Of a stretch of 64,000 nucleotides of DNA, positions 39,128 through 56,750 are shown piece by piece. Each line of letters opens with the position of its first letter. Position 1 is the first letter of the stretch. The stretch covers positions 17,546,001-17,610,000 of the forward strand of contig OX597822.1 in the NCBI GenBank assembly GCA_951406725.2. Direction: 5' to 3'. Under the pieces are notes generated by a model. That model had not been told where the DNA came from. It made no database searches and saw nothing but the letters and a program-made list of their open reading frames with translations. The DNA is from Octopus vulgaris. Taxonomy: Eukaryota. A program made the translations under genes and the position numbers.

Positions 39128-41070
39128 AATCACTGGCAACATCTTCAAAAATTTCATAAAACTATTTGCATTATAAAGAAAGTTACATGAAAACAGAGTT
39201 GGTGCAGGGGTAACAAAATGTAATTATCCCTACAAACATAACTTACATTCAGAAAACTTAAATATAAAGGATGAATAGAATAAAGGAAGAAGATACATGA
39301 ACGTAGGTAGAATGTGGGAATGAATGTACAATGAAATGAATCTTATTTGCTTTTTTTCGAGTTGTAAGAGTTTATTAAACTAATATATTAGTGCAGCTGT
39401 TGCTTTTAAAGTTAAAGTTTAGCAAAAGTTTGAACATTCGAAATAACATTTGCTGTTCTAAGTGGGTTAAATAACAACAGAATTTAAATAACAACAGGTG
39501 GAAATGTTAGCACAGATATCTTAAATGATTAAAAAAAATAAAAAAAAAACAAATGTCATGCCAAAATGTCGCATCCTAGAGAGATTACAGCTATATTTTT
39601 TATACCACTTTAAATATAACTTTTTTTGTGAAGGTAGGAAACTTCATTTAGTAAAAATAAAATCTTGGTATATTATGAGAGTCTGTGAATGATGATATAA
39701 ATTATATTTTCTGCTTCACTTGAATTCACTTGAATTTTAAAGTAATGGTTCACTTGTTTCCAATCCAAAAGCTGAAGAAGCAACATATAATAATAGAAGG
39801 CTTGTCTGCTTCTTTTGAAATAAATAATATAGGGAAATTATGCAATCCTACAAACACCAAAATAGGCTGATCTACCAATTCTGGCCACAAAGACTTGATA
39901 AGAACAATTATTTTTATTAAGAATCGGTTTCAACCCTCTCGAATAACACCCAGCCATCCTCAAGTAAAAGACATTTACACAGTTGACCTCAAAAAGACAT
40001 TTGGAATGCCTTTCATCATAGACATGTCGATTGGAGCAGACTCAGGGCTAAACAAACAACAACAGCAATTATTATTCAAAACAAATATAAAACAAACAAA
40101 AACCAGTAGAATGACATCTCATAAAGAGACTACAAGCCTAGCTTTTTCGTTTTTATATATGATAAAGGTCAAAGGTTCAGAATTTCAAACTTCCTCAGTA
40201 GCTATTTGAATAAACAGAACATAAGAATGAAAAATAAAAAAGGAGATGAAACTAGTCTAGTGAAGTTCTATTTAACAACATAATTATTTTCTTCTGTATT
40301 GAATATATTTTTGCATAAACGTAAAATAACAACAAAATAAAAATTGTTATACATATTTTTTTATAAATCCACATCACGGCACTTTGTGTTAAACATATCA
40401 CATCGTGTAGTTTCAACAGCTAAAATGGCTGTATCTTTGTCACGTTAGGTCACCCTTATTGATCGCACTCTGAATTTTCCTGGCTTTTCATCTCATTCTA
40501 TCTGAAGTTCATTGTTAACAAAGATTATATTTATTTATTTTTTTAACATCATGAGTATTTTAAACGGCACCGCACTACAACAGTCATTTCTAAAATCGTG
40601 TCAATACTCGAGAAAATGCCTTGCAGTATTTAGTTGCGACCTTTTATGTTCAGAGTTTTAATCCAACTAAGGTCAAGTTTGCCTTTCATCCATTTGAAAA
40701 TCGATAAAATAAAAATATCTGTCAAGTACTGGGAATGATTTAATTGACTGCTAATACCCACCCCACAAAATTTGTTGCTTTCAAGAAGGAAATTTCCTTC
40801 TACATTTTTAGCTAAACACTGACTTTTAACTGCATATGGCACAAAAACATGTGTCATATTAAGAAGGAAAATTTGTCTTGACCTCAAAACTGAAAAGACC
40901 TATTTCCCTATTCACAGACAGATATTTTACATCTGATTTTCCATACTTTTCAACAAATCGCATATCATTTTGACAGTCTTTTCTCAGTTGGTACACACAC
41001 AACAAGCAACAGATAATTCAGTTGTTGTGTATACCTCAGCTCTCTTTGTCTGTCTACCTGTCTCTCTCTC

Positions 41071-41126
<56 letters not shown>

Positions 41127-41163
41127 GGCACAGGCGTAGCTGTGTGGTAAGGAGCTTGCTTCC

Positions 41164-42418
41164 GGTTAGTGTGCATACATTGATTTAGTTGCTGGTTTGT
41201 TTTTTTGAGAGTTGGACAGAATTTTTGTGCTGCTTGGCAGCGGATTAGAGAAAATGTATTCAGACCTTACCAGGTCTAAGTTGTCTTCAACGGAGGAAGA
41301 GCCGGTGAAAGCAGTGAGAAGAATGGACGGAATATTGGAGAGAACAAGAAGATTTTCTGAGGCTGCAGAGGTGAAGAGAAAGGAGGTAGACTTAGCTGAA
41401 CTAAAGGGATATGGAAAAATGATGCAGAAAGTGTGCGGCAACGTGAAGTTGTCGCCCCTAAAAGAATTACAGAGCAAATGGAGAGGAAAGCTATCATCTA
41501 TAGGGTGCACTCACTGAAGAACAAAAAGACTGAACAGGTGGAAGCGGAAATAATAGAAAAAGTGCTAAGGAAACAGTCGAACCAAATTATGTACATAACC
41601 AAAGGATGTAAATACGGGATAGTGGTCATCCAGTTTAGGACAGTGGAGGAGGCGAGGAGGCTGGTGAGAGTGGTAGCGATGACGGGGAAGAGGTGGTGCT
41701 TCTGCCCACATATCTTGGAAGAAAGACTTCCAAGATAAGGGTGGTAGCAATCCCACCTGACATAGAAGTGGCTTGGGTCACGGCAGCCGTCCTCGTTGTG
41801 AGGAGGATGTGGCTGTCCTCCAAGCCACAGAAATGGAAGTGGGATAGAGAGGAAATCACTGGAGAAGCAACTAGAGAGTCAGGCAGAGACAGTGACATTG
41901 GGAGAAATTGTGTTAAGACTGTAGGTGGAGGGCAGAGTCCAACGTTGTTTTAAATGTGGCCAAAAGGGCCACATTAGAGCACACTGCCCTCTACAGGAGA
42001 AAACAACAGATGAAGCAGTCGTGGAGACGGAGGAGAAAAGGGAGGAATAAAAGAGAGACAGAGGAAGGGAGAAAGAATGGATAGTAACAGAGAGTAGAAG
42101 GAAGAACAGGAAGAAAAGAAAGAACACTCAGTATGATGTGGTACCCCAGTCCAACTCCATCCCACCCAAGACCATTCAGGCCCACCCTCCCTATAGAGAC
42201 ACCAAACCCACATGCCCCCTTTCCCCACAGAAAAAAAGAAAAAGAAAATAAGAGCGGCCACCACAGAACTTAGAAAACCCCTCCCCCAGTGAAAAAATGT
42301 TACCAAGAGTGTTGTCATTGAGTGATAGTAAGAGCGGAAATAGAAGGACTAGAACAGAGACTAAAGAGAAATTAGGACACAAAGGCAGTGAGTGGTGTTA
42401 AACGATGATGATGATGAT
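41164..42418 (+). mobile_element. LINE ORF1 (gag-like) remnant with CCHC zinc knuckle
   Basis: Frameshifted ORF pieces 41212-42050. RCFKCGQKGHIRAHCP (CX2CX4HX4C) near 41943-41990. No ORF2 follows. Starts right after a truncated SINE A head (41127-41163). Confidence 0.75.
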
Positions 42419-45786
<3,368 letters not shown>

Positions 45787-46045
45787 AAAGAAGCCTGTCG
45801 TATATATGTATATATATATATATATATGTGTGTGTTTGTGTGTCTGTGTTTGTCCCCCTAGCATTGCTTGACAACCGATGCTGGTGTGTTTACATCCCCG
45901 TCACTTAACAGTTCGGCAAAAGAGACCGATAGAATAAGTACTGGGCTTACAAAGAATAAGTCCCGGGGTCGATTTGCTCAACTAAAGGTGGTGCTCCAGC
46001 ATGGCCGTAGTCAAATGACTGAAACAAGTAAAAGCGTAAAAGCGT
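45787..46045 (+). mobile_element. SINE family A, 3' part
   Basis: aagaagcctgtcgtatatatg...ggtggtgctccagcatggccgtagtcaaatgactgaaac. Confidence 0.9.
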
Positions 46046-46316
46046 ATATATATAATATATATATAATATATAATATATATATATATAATATATATAATAT
46101 ATAATATATATAATATATAATATTACATTATATAAAAGGGCTTAGTAAAATAAATTACTTCGCCGCATACTGAACTCATTAGAAATAGCAGCTAAAAAAC
46201 TTTTTTAAAACTATTTCTAATACTTAAAGAAAATCTCTCTCATATATAGCGTTTGCTTAATTTAACTCACAAAAGTTTGGGGGTAAGGACATTAAAAATC
46301 AAATGCTAAGGTTATT

Positions 46317-46368
46317 TGAGTACGTACGTTTCAAGATTAGTCAAAACAACATTTCTCTCTTCAGCTCA
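46317..46368 (-). ncRNA. Type I hammerhead ribozyme motif with intact core, in a TA-flanked element (about 46125-46490)
   Basis: Minus strand: TGAG CTGAAGA GAGA-aatgttgttttgactaa-TCTT GAAA CGTACG TA CTCA. Palindromic stem III as in dimeric Penelope hammerheads. Confidence 0.8.
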
Positions 46369-46517
46369 TAAATTCCTTGGTTTGGATTATGTAATAATTT
46401 GAATTCGCCTTAAATGGTCCCTTTGCATACTGAACACTTGGTGAAATTGATTAATAATTAATTAATTTTACCCTCAATTGTTGAAATTATAATATATAAT
46501 ATATATATTATATATAT

Positions 46518-47586
46518 GTCTTGGGGCCACTGATGTTCATAGTGGCCCTTTCAGACATGCCTTCAGTTGCTACGATGACCACCCTTGCTAGCTATGCAGA
46601 TGACACAAAAGTCTCCCACGCAATACAAAACCCTGAAAATATTGCGCATCTGCAACATGAGCTGGACACAATATACAGGTGGGCTGAGGACAACAACATG
46701 CAGTTTAATGCAGGTAAGTTCCAGGCCCTGCACTACTGGCACACAAAGGTAAATGACGTGAAGACTGGATACACTGGCCCAGGAAGAATTGCAATCCCTG
46801 AGTCAAAATCAGTGCGTGACCTGGGCATTGACATGAGCAATGATGCATCTTTCCAAATGCATATTGCTAATCTGGTGATAAAATGCAGACGGCTAGCTGG
46901 ATGGATTCTCCGAACTTTCAGAACAAGAGAGAAGGAGACACTGATGGTCCTATGGAAAACATTTGTCCTCAGCCGCTTGGACTACTGCTCCCAACTTTGG
47001 TCACCACACAATATAAAACAAACAGCAGAACTCGAAGCAACTCAGAGAAGCTACACAAAGAAAATCGTCTCAATGCAAAATGTCAGCTACTGGGAAAGAC
47101 TGAAGGTATTAAACCTCTTCTCCCTGGAGCGGAGGCGGGAGAGATATGCAGTGATATACATCTGGAAAATCCTGGAGGGTCTTGTCCCAAACTTTGGCAT
47201 TCAAAGTTACTCCAACCGCAGAACGGGGCGCCGCTGCGTGGTGCCAAGGATTCCAACATCACCATCAAAATACAGGTCCAGATACTGCAACAGCTTGGGT
47301 TTCAGAGGACCACAGCTCTTTAACATCCTCCCTAAATGCCTGAGAGACTTACATGGTGTGAATGTGGGTTTCTTTAAAACTAAACTGGATCTCTTCTTGT
47401 TGGGAGTCCCAGATGAACCTACCTCACGACAGGAGACACGGATGCGGGCAGCAGCATCGAACTCCCTTGTTGATCAAGTGCCACGTATCAGAGGTGGATT
47501 CACAAACTAGTGTAGCTCATTCAGCGGTGGTGCCCCAGCATGGCCGCGGCCTTCGGGCTAAAACATTTTTAAGGATTTAAGGATTT
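46518..47586 (+). mobile_element. CR1-group LINE, 5'-truncated, with an uninterrupted RT C-terminal frame (46521-47510)
   Basis: GPLMF...YADDTK...SRLDYCSQLWSP...SYWERLKVLNLFSLERRRER. 3'UTR hairpin and (AGGATTTA)2 tail. Flanked on both sides by TA repeats. Confidence 0.93.
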
Positions 47587-47617
47587 ATATATAATATATA
47601 ATATATATATATATATA

Positions 47618-47807
<190 letters not shown>

Positions 47808-48200
47808 ATATATATATAATATATAATATATATATATATATATTATATATATATAATATATAATATATATATAATATATATATAATATATATTATATATA
47901 TAATATATATTATATATATATATATATAATATATATATAATATATATAATATATATTATATATATAATATATATTATATATATATAATATATAATATATA
48001 TATAATATATATAATATATATTATATATATATATATATATAATATATATAATATATAATATATATTATATATATATAATATATATATATATATAATATAT
48101 ATTATATATATATAATATATATATAATATATAATATATATTATATATATATAATATATATATATATATAATATATATTATATATATATAATATATATATA

Positions 48201-48261
<61 letters not shown>

Positions 48262-48275
<14 letters not shown>

Positions 48276-48637
48276 GGCAGTTTGTCTGTGCGTGTTTCTG
48301 TGTGTCTGTTTTCTTGTACCCTCACCCTGACCACGGCTTTCAACCGATTCTGATGAAACTTGACACACACATAGCCCAATGTCATAATTCAAAACTAACG
48401 CAGCGAAAATTTTGCAAAGTTCCCCAGTTCTGAAAAATCGATAAATTTGACATGGGGTCAAGAATCAGAAACACAAACCGCAAACTGTCTAGGGAACGCA
48501 ACTCCACCTTTTTTAACTAAAAAAAAATTTACCATAATTTTTTTCCATCTTTTTGCTATTTTTTGGCTATAACTCTCTAAAAATGCTTTATAGTTATTTC
48601 CCTTACAAACCTGAGCAACGCCGGGCGATACTGCTAG
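48262..48637 (+). mobile_element. Non-autonomous Helitron
   Basis: 3' subterminal hairpin CCTGagcaacgcCGGG followed by terminal CTAG|T at 48634-48638. The 5' end merges into (TA)nAAA. Confidence 0.75.
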
Positions 48638-48643
48638 TATATA

Positions 48644-50650
<2,007 letters not shown>

Positions 50651-50699
50651 TTTATAGATATATACAATATATATATAGAAAATATATATAATATATATA

Positions 50700-50750
<51 letters not shown>

Positions 50751-51014
50751 TATATATATATATACAAAATATATATACAATATATATAATATATACAATA
50801 TATATATATAATATATATACAAAATATATATACAATATATATAATATATACAATATATATATATAATATATATACAAAATATATATACAATATATACAAT
50901 ATATATACAAAATATATATACAATATATACAATATATATACAAAATATATATACAATATATATATAATATATATACAAAATATATATACAATATATATAT
51001 AATATATATACAAA

Positions 51015-51058
<44 letters not shown>

Positions 51059-51274
51059 ATAAAGATATACAATATATATATATATACATACAATATAAAG
51101 ATATACAATATATATATATACAATATATATATATATATAAATTTGGAGGAGAAAAATAACGCGTGCGTTCGGTCATATAATAATATAATAAATAAATAAA
51201 ATATATGCATATATACATACATATATGTACATACTTACATCTACATGTATATATACATGCATATATATATATAC

Positions 51275-51336
<62 letters not shown>

Positions 51337-51515
51337 TATAGGACACCACAAATAAACGTAGAACACGAGAGACGAAAACATAAAATCAAACGGACTTTTT
51401 TTAAACAACCACAAAACAGAGTACAGGACAAACAATACAAGGAAAATTCCCCTTCATCAGCTGTCCCTGGTTCGACTCAAAGTGTGTTTCCTTCGAAACA
51501 CACAAGATATCTATA

Positions 51516-51550
<35 letters not shown>

Positions 51551-53437
51551 ATATATATATAAACTGGCTTGATTTGCTGTAAGTGAACGAATCATAAACG
51601 TAAGTCAATACAAGAAATGAATTTTATATTTCCTAATCTAATATCAAGTATAGTAGTAATAGTTCGCGCGCACACATGCATAAAATGTATATATATGCAA
51701 ATTGCTTAGAATAATTAAATATTGATTTCCAATAAAATCAATGTTTTTATTTGAAAACGAGACAAGAGTTAATCAATCTGACACATTACTATTGGTAGTT
51801 ATTGTAATGACCACATATAGATTTGAACTTAGTAACGGGAACGTTAAAGAACTGTGTGCTTACAGAGCAGACGATTGTCTACATTGAAAAATACTTTCAA
51901 CTGAACAATGTTATGATAAGGTCTTGTTCTATTCTCGTTACCTAAAAAGAACAGATTATATCAATATATAATCAGAGAGCTTTTATGCGTTCATCCAGCT
52001 TTCTAGAAATAACAGCCAAGTCTTCCTATTATACCATAATGATTTACCATCAGTACACTTTGGATAATGTTTTCTTTGATGCACATGGCTTGAAACAATG
52101 GGGAAAAAAAAGGATGACGAAGACAGGAATGGGTGATACAAATCTACTCATCAGAGGCGACCTGGGGTTAAACAACAGCCAGTACATCGAGTTGTGCATA
52201 AGAAATTTCAGTTAAATTTTATAGCACCAACTGTCAGCGGCCTAATGAAACGTATGTGATATAAAATTATCTCTTAAAACAAAAGTCTATAAAAATAAAA
52301 TTCAGTCTTTATGTAAAAGTTATTACAGAATACCATAAAATTATGTCCTATGCAGGTTATATAATTAGTTTCATTACCAATTTATCATTAAATCATACAC
52401 AGGATAGCTTTTGATTGCCATTGAAGACAATTATGTAACAAATTACTTCGGCTAAACCTTTTTAGATTCGTCTCGATGTTAGTTAATGATTTAAAATAAA
52501 TTAATAGTAATTGCAAAACCTAATGAGCTAACATTCAAGTTAATTGTTTGTACATCTTTTTACTTGTCAATAAAGAGAATTAAAAAAAAAGCGCCAAACG
52601 AATATAAAATTTTACAAAAAAGCAAAGTTTGTCTGATGATATTCTAATGAATTGGAGAATTATCGCTAGTAGCAAAATGATATTGGTCAAGATTCTTCAA
52701 ATAAATTGAATAAAATAAATCCCAACAGGTTCCGATTAACTAACTAGGAATAACATACGGATAATATGGTAAAAATTCTAAATCGTGCAACCAAAGCAGT
52801 GCATCTACTTCTTTCAATAATTAGGTTCTTTGATCTAAAAGTGAGTGAAAAAATATAAGTACACCCACACATATATATAAAAATTCTGTCCAAAAATATT
52901 TATTGGGTTTCTTCTGTGGCATATAATTTTCTGAATTGACTACGGAAGCAGGAAAACTCGGAACTTAGACAATCTTTCGTTTTGACTGGAAGGCGTTTGC
53001 GCGCAGCTCGGCATACGGCATTCGGTAAATTCCGTAAAATTTTGAAATTTATTTTTGTGGAAACATAGCCGGAATTAAATAGCAGAGTATACATCGAGTA
53101 CCTCGGCAGCAGTTCAGTCGGATTCAGAATAATTACATAATTGCTAAGCAAAGAACAATATTTTGAGCTATTCAGTACTTTTTTTTTTTATGTAAAGGGC
53201 AACATATCCAAGTTATGATGTAATTTTTGCCTCCAATTTATAACAAGAGGAATGGCAGTCACAGATATCTGAAATCAACACCGGATATTCCGTCAATATA
53301 GTTTTGAAAAGTCAGAAAGAGAAATGCAGAAGCAATGTAGAGAATATCGAATCCAAATATATCTCCTACGTGATAACTAATGAATCAGATTGACAAGAAA
53401 ATGCCATGAGGGCATTCATGTAAGTAGATACATATAA

Positions 53438-53616
53438 TTGTCACTAAACATGACTCGGGTGTTATAAACACCTACATTGCTACAAATAAGAGCTAAAATG
53501 CTCTAGTCATAGGACATAATTGTATGTGTATATATATACACACACACACAGAGCCTTTTAGCTCTTATTTCTAGCAATGTAGGTGTTTCTAACACCCAAG
53601 TCATATTTAGTGACAA
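53438..53616. repeat. Inverted repeat, about 67-bp arms (53438-53504, 53550-53616)
   Basis: ttgtcactaaacatgactcgggtgttataaacacctacattgctacaaataagagctaaaatgctct versus its imperfect reverse complement. Confidence 0.85.
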
Positions 53617-53770
53617 CTTTAGCTTTTCTTGTTCATAAAACATCGAACAGTGTTGTCTAAATTAATTTTCTGCATTCACATTAGCGAATCGCTAAATGAC
53701 CCATAGATTTTTATGGTGGAAACGTATACGGACACAGACTTACGTCCGGAATCTGCCCAAGTCGAGCCAG

Positions 53771-53827
53771 TCCTTAGTGATGAAGCAATGGAAATTGTCG
53801 AAACTGACCAACCGGTCAGTATAGGGA
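53771..53827 (+). ncRNA. Type I hammerhead motif with full stem III and a C3G core change
   Basis: TCCTTA GTGATGA aGCAAT-ggaa-ATTGTC GAAA CTGACC-aacc-GGTCAG TA TAGGGA. All three stems pair. Confidence 0.72.
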
Positions 53828-53873
53828 ATTCTCGATCGGTGTTTTCGAGCGATTATAGTCCTGCCAGTGTGTG

Positions 53874-53991
<118 letters not shown>

Positions 53992-53996
53992 TATTA

Positions 53997-54047
<51 letters not shown>

Positions 54048-54134
54048 CATACACATACACACACCCTAGCCATATCTATAAATGATTATAGTTTTGGTTT
54101 TTGGTAAGTCATTGCACACTGCTGTCTATATTAA

Positions 54135-54455
54135 TTTTATATGAAAGTAAAGACCCCCTTCGGTCCTGAATGACCATAGGGTTACACCAAGAAAGCTACC
54201 CTCCGGGGCATAAAGTCCGGGCAAGTTGTTCATGAAAGACCAGCAGTCATCCATGCATACCAGCCTCCCCTCTCCACGCCACCGATGTTGTCCAAGGAAA
54301 AGGCTGATAAAGTTTGGCACCAGTAACGTCTCAACTCATTTCTACTGCAACGTGAAACAGTGTTTTGCTCAAGAACACAACACAGCCCGGTTCATGAATC
54401 GAAATCACTACCTTTTGATTATTATGAGCCCGACGCTCTTACGACTAAGCCATGC
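54135..54455 (-). mobile_element. SINE family B copy
   Basis: Reverse complement of 30754-31085 (gctcaagaacacaacacagcccgg...actaagccatgcac). Confidence 0.75.
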
Positions 54456-54916
54456 ACTTTCATATGTATGTATAAACACGCACACACGTTCATTGCCTTT
54501 GTTTGCCTGGATTCTCCCGTTCTAGGTTGGATTTTAGGTATGAAGTCCAGTCTGGAGCACTAACTGTCTGAAACCAGATTTTTAAAAAAAGTCACACGTC
54601 ATACTATCATATATAGATAGTGTTGTCAGTATGTACACGTTAGGTATTGCCAGTTAATAACGGATTTGAAATATTTTCTCTTCTATTACTAACTGACTTG
54701 AATATTTTTGTATGATTACCCGACTTTAGACAAAATTGTGACTTTATTACTGGCCACGAATTGTCTATCTGTATTATACCCCCCCTTTTTTTGGTGTGTC
54801 CATTATTGTCCCCCTACAAAAAAAGAAAGACGATGAGGATCGAAGCACTACAAAGATCAATCACTAAAAAAATAAATGGCATGACGGAACTTGATTATTG
54901 GGCTCAAACAGCTGGG

Positions 54917-56186
54917 GGTACTTGTCTATTGTCGTGGTCCCGGTTTCGCACACGCGAATTCGCAGTTGTTCATTTTGATATGGCTCAAGAGGCATTATGG
55001 ACTTTTAAATGGAGATTGAGAAAAATTGTTTCAATTAGAAAAGCAACATTTCTAGAAAATAGTAAATTGAAGTGTGAACACAGCACCTTACAGAGTATAA
55101 GTATATGACATTTATTTTTAAAATTTAACTTCATTTGTTTTATATTCTAAATAATTTGCAATTTCAAAAAATATATTAATTTTGCGTTTTTTAATTTGAT
55201 AAATTCTACGGAATAATTTTGCGCGTTTTTTGATAAATTCTACGGAAAGAATTTAGTGCGAAAAATTTATACATTTATACACAAAGACCTGTTGAGGCAA
55301 GCGAAGTTGATATCGAACCTCATCCCACGACAGGCACCCATGCCAACCCCTTTTGCTTGCGAAGACATGTTGGGGCAAGTGTGGCACCCGGCAAATGCCA
55401 GGACCCCTGGACTGGTGGTACGTAAAAAGCACTATCCGAACGTGGCCGATGCCAGAGCCGCCTCGCCTGGCACCAATCCGACCGTGGCCGTTGCCAGCCT
55501 CGCCTGGCACCTGTGCGGGTGGCATGTAAAAAGCACCCACTACACTCTCGGAGTGGTTGGCGTTAGGAAGGGCATCCAGCTGTAGAAACATTGCCAGATA
55601 AGACTGGAGTCTGGTGCACCTTCTGGCTTCCCAGATCCCCGGTCGAACCGTCCAACCCATGATGGCATGGAGAACGGACGTTAAACGATGATGATGATGA
55701 GAAGAAATTAATTCATTAAGTTTACCAAATTATATGTCTGTAAAAAAAAAAAAGTTTCACAAATTATATACGTTCGCGTTTGTGTAAAAAAAATTATTAA
55801 CCAAGTTTTATAAATTATTTACTTTGTTCAAAAAATATTATTAATATTAATTAATTTTCAAGAATTATTTAATTTATATAATTAATTCATTAATTTTATT
55901 CTGTAAAATAGTAATTAATTCATTTATCTGTAAATCCGCGAGGAAAGCGACTATGTAATTTTTTTGTGTAAAATTGAAAATGTTATATATACACACACAC
56001 ACACACACACACATATATTTTTAGTGAAATCCAACACCTTTTTTTTAGGGGGGGGGTTAACGCGCATGCGCGAATTCTGCACTGCGCAAGTCACCTCGTA
56101 GGATCTCGAGTATCGAGTACCTACGTCTGGCGCGCGCGCGCGAATTCGCGTGTGCGAAACCGGGACCACGACAATAGACAAGTACC
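54917..56186. mobile_element. Merlin-type non-autonomous DNA transposon
   Basis: Perfect 47-bp TIRs GGTACTTGTCTATTGTCGTGGTCCCGGTTTCGCACACGCGAATTCGC (54917-54963, 56140-56186). 8-bp TSD CAGCTGGG (54909-54916, 56187-56194). GGNRM terminus. Confidence 0.85.
55285..55700 (+). mobile_element. RTE-type 3'UTR fragment nested within the Merlin-type MITE
   Basis: Same sequence family as 6615 and 20970. CpGs retained. Ends ggacgttaaac(GAT)n. Confidence 0.85.
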
Positions 56187-56623
56187 CAGCTGGGATTATT
56201 ATTCTCTGCAACGCAGCCGTGAGCGATACATTATTTGCACCATGTGGAAAATGTTCCACCAATATTATCCAAATGATATCGGTGTTATGTTTACAATTCA
56301 ACCAAGACTAGGCCCCCGTGCAATGAGTCCCCTACAAAAGTCGAGATCACATCACATAACATTACGACACAATTTCTTCACTGCAAATGGTCCTGCTCTT
56401 TTCAATGTTATCCTTTCAAAAGGTACCTGGACAAATTCCTCCAGGAAATACCGGATAAACCACCTACACCTGGATATGTCTCAACCAACAACAACATCCT
56501 GCTTGAGTGGTCCATGGTGTCCCGAAATAATTAACTAAAAGACTTTTCCAGGTGGTGTTATTGAGTTAGCCATGGCCTGGGCCAATAATAGCCGAAACCA
56601 GTCTCTCTCTCTCTCTCTCTATC

Positions 56624-56659
<36 letters not shown>

Positions 56660-56707
56660 ATATATGTATATATATATATGAGAGAGAGAAAGAGAGATTC
56701 TCAATTT

Positions 56708-56750
56708 AAACTGTCCGACGAACGGGAACGTGAAACTGAGTAAGCAGTTT
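56708..56750 (+). ncRNA. Degenerate minimal hammerhead motif
   Basis: AAACTGT CCGACGA ACG-ggaa-CGT GAAA CT-g-AG TA a GCAGTTT. Core is CCGACGA rather than CTGANGA. Confidence 0.55.

Larger units (their letters stand above)
54790..56600 (+). mobile_element. Older CR1-group LINE 3' fragment split by a MITE (54790-54916 and 56187-56600)
   Basis: RIEALQRSITKKINGMTELDYW before the insertion and SLQRSRERYIICTMWK...FFTANGPALFN after it. Colinear with the 46521 protein. Confidence 0.8.

Noticed and set aside
46883-47323. 146-aa overlapping ORF in the CR1 LINE
   Set aside because: It is an alternative frame of the RT-coding sequence with no recognisable motif.
48346-48362. CTGATGAAAC resembling a hammerhead core
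   Set aside because: There is no stem II between the motifs. It is part of the Helitron internal sequence.
51440-51500. CTGATGAAGGGGA on the minus strand suggesting another hammerhead
   Set aside because: The stem is not followed by GAAA and no complete three-stem fold could be drawn. At most it is a broken remnant.
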